From Acidimicrobiia bacterium (GTDB taxonomy: Bacteria > Actinomycetota > Acidimicrobiia > Spongiisociales > ZC4RG35), in the NCBI GenBank assembly GCA_965203555.1, contig CBDBCY010000004.1:512001-576000 (forward strand): DNA of 64,000 bases. Direction: 5' to 3'. Under the pieces are notes generated by a model. That model did no database searches, was not told where the DNA came from, and saw nothing but the letters and a program-made list of their open reading frames with translations. Shown piece by piece: positions 62,383-64,000 of this stretch; positions within the stretch are counted from its first letter, which is position 1, and every line of letters begins with the position of its first letter. The translations under genes and the position numbers were made by a program.

Positions 62383-62539
62383 GTGGGACATCACAATAGA
62401 TCATGACTTATAGTATAATAAGTCACGTATAGATCATAAGCTTTTGTGTACACTTGTCCTGTGTCCGGCTGCTTCCAGGGCTAACCGATCAGCGGACAGC
62501 AGTAGGTATCAGCCCCGCCCCCGAAAGGATGTCTCCGCG

Positions 62540-63058
62540 ATGATTAGAAAACACAACCCCGCCGCCGGAATCGTCGGCGTCCTGACCCTCTGCCTGCTGG
62601 TAGGCCTGACCGGCCCCGCCGCCGCCTCGGAGCCCCCCCCCCCCGCAGAGTCGGAGCCGGTCTGCGTGAGCAGCCGCTGGGATACGCGCCTGCAGGCCCG
62701 CGTCAACGCGTACTCTGACGGCTCTGTCAGAGTGGAGGCGGAACCCTGCCGTATCGCCGCCCCCCGGTCAGAGTCAGAGCCGCAACCCGGCCCGCAACCC
62801 GCGCCGCAGGCCGAACCGCAGTCAGAGCCCGTACCCGTACCCGTGGAGGTGGAGCCGCCGGAACCCGAACCCGAACCCGAATCGCAGCCGCAGGTCAGAG
62901 AGCGCAGGGAGTGCTGTCGGACTTTCCCCGCCCGCTTTGTGGACGGGAAGTACTGGCTGGACACCGACAACGACGGGGTGCCGGAACTGCATACTACTTC
63001 CGGCTATCCGAGATGGGACCCCGCGTACGAGCAGTGCTGCGTATCGCTCTGTGACTAG
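62540..63058 (+). CDS. Secreted Cys-rich, Pro/Glu-rich protein of unknown function
   Basis: GAAAGGA SD, signal peptide ending PAAA, PE-rich linker and DTDNDG loop. Confidence 0.7.
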   Translation: MIRKHNPAAGIVGVLTLCLLVGLTGPAAASEPPPPAESEPVCVSSRWDTRLQARVNAYSDGSVRVEAEPCRIAAPRSESEPQPGPQPAPQAEPQSEPVPVPVEVEPPEPEPEPESQPQVRERRECCRTFPARFVDGKYWLDTDNDGVPELHTTSGYPRWDPAYEQCCVSLCD

Positions 63059-64000
63059 ATGAGTAGTTCCAAGGGGTGGGGGGTGGAAATCCGCTGTTGA
63101 CGGGTTGGGGATGTCCAGAATCCGGGGGTGAAACTATTACCGATCCCGGAGGACTGGTATGAACCCGGACCTGGACACCCTTGTCACCTCACTATACGTC
63201 ACTGTTGACGATTTACTAATCGAAAACCCGCATTGGGCTCCCCAGCGCCCGGTGGTGAATATCCCCCCGAAACTGTCCGACGCCGAGTTGATCACTCTGG
63301 CGGTAATCGGGGCACTGCTGCGAATCGAGTCCGAGGCCCGGTTCATCCGCCTGCGCCAAAACGCATCTGCGACCCTGGTTTCCCTATATTCCCACCCGGT
63401 CAGCCTACAACAAGCGACTGCGCCGCAGCATCCGGACGATGCAAAACGTAATGGGCTGTTTGTCCCGGGCCACCCACTCCTGGCACGACGACCTGTGGAT
63501 ACTGGACTCCACCCCGGTCGAATGCGGCCGCAGCCGCCAAACCCAACAACGCTCCGACCCGACAAGGCTGGGCCGAAACGCGGCTACTGCGCCTCCCACT
63601 CGCGATACTTTTGGGGTCTTCCTCTCCACCTGGTAGCCACCCCGTCGGGTCTGCCCATAGCCTGGGCACTCGCTCCCGCCAAAGCAGACCAACCGCGAGA
63701 TCGCCTTGGACATGCTGTCCCGAAGCGGCCTCGCACGGGCAGGGCAGACCATCATCGCCGACAAAGGCTACCGACGGAAAAGTTTCGAGAACATTCTCAA
63801 CCAGGTAGGCATCACCCTTATCCGGCCTGCCACCAAAACAGAAAAGCCCCGGCCCGGACAACGGTACCCTGCGCCCCTTCCGCCAGATCATAGAGTCAAT
63901 CAACAACACCCTCAAGACCCAGCTTTGTCTCGAACGGCACGGAGAACGCACCAAACCCGGGGGCATAGCACGCATCCTGCAACGCCTCCTCGCCTTGGTT
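63055..64000 (+). mobile_element. IS982-family insertion sequence (runs off the window)
   Basis: Left end ctagatgagtagttccaaggggtgg followed by the transposase. Confidence 0.85.
63159..64000 (+). pseudogene. IS982-family DDE transposase, frameshifted
   Basis: DLDTLVTSLYV..DD, LSDAEL, DSTPVECG, GYCASHSRYFWG, ADKGY and IESINNTLK lie in different frames. Shifts occur near 63350, 63560, 63693 and 63868. Confidence 0.85.

Noticed and set aside
62401-62428. Chromosomal dif site
   Set aside because: The arm polarity (TTAT..ATAA) is opposite to dif (ATAA..TTAT), and there is no TTATGTTAAA XerD arm.

Overview
GC-rich 64-kb window from an Actinomycetota chromosome, probably Acidimicrobiia-like. The phylum call rests on WhiB, DUF3107, an InhA-type FabI, the 23S domain III insertion and the 16S tail CCUCCUUUCU. 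The class call is inferred from the SLH proteins. Left part (1-17 kb): tail of an AAA/TOPRIM nuclease, then a probable N-heterocycle catabolic region (SDR, NicX-like dioxygenase, Dpp/Opp-type ABC importer, hydantoinase/oxoprolinase A+B) and two SLH surface proteins. 17-22.8 kb: a minus-strand rrn operon whose 23S gene is split at E. coli position 1931 by a structurally complete 627-nt group I intron carrying a single-motif LAGLIDADG homing endonuclease. The remainder is mostly housekeeping: tyrS, an Mre11/Rad50-like pair, fabI, hydrolase-murF-ddl, amtB, mpg, argF, pheST, infC-rpmI-rplT, glnA, whiB, prs-glmU, ispE-rsmA-tatD-rsmI and 4 tRNAs. After tandem tRNA-Ser genes, the window ends in a probable accessory region with IS982 ends around a secreted Cys-rich gene. 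Best novelty candidates: (1) a lumazine synthase (RibH) fused to two N-terminal transmembrane helices; (2) the rRNA intron and endonuclease in an actinobacterium; (3) a tandem active/dead zinc-peptidase lipoprotein pair; (4) an orphan structured non-coding element at 28.25-28.35 kb. All calls come from reading the sequence by eye. No searches or folding programs were run.
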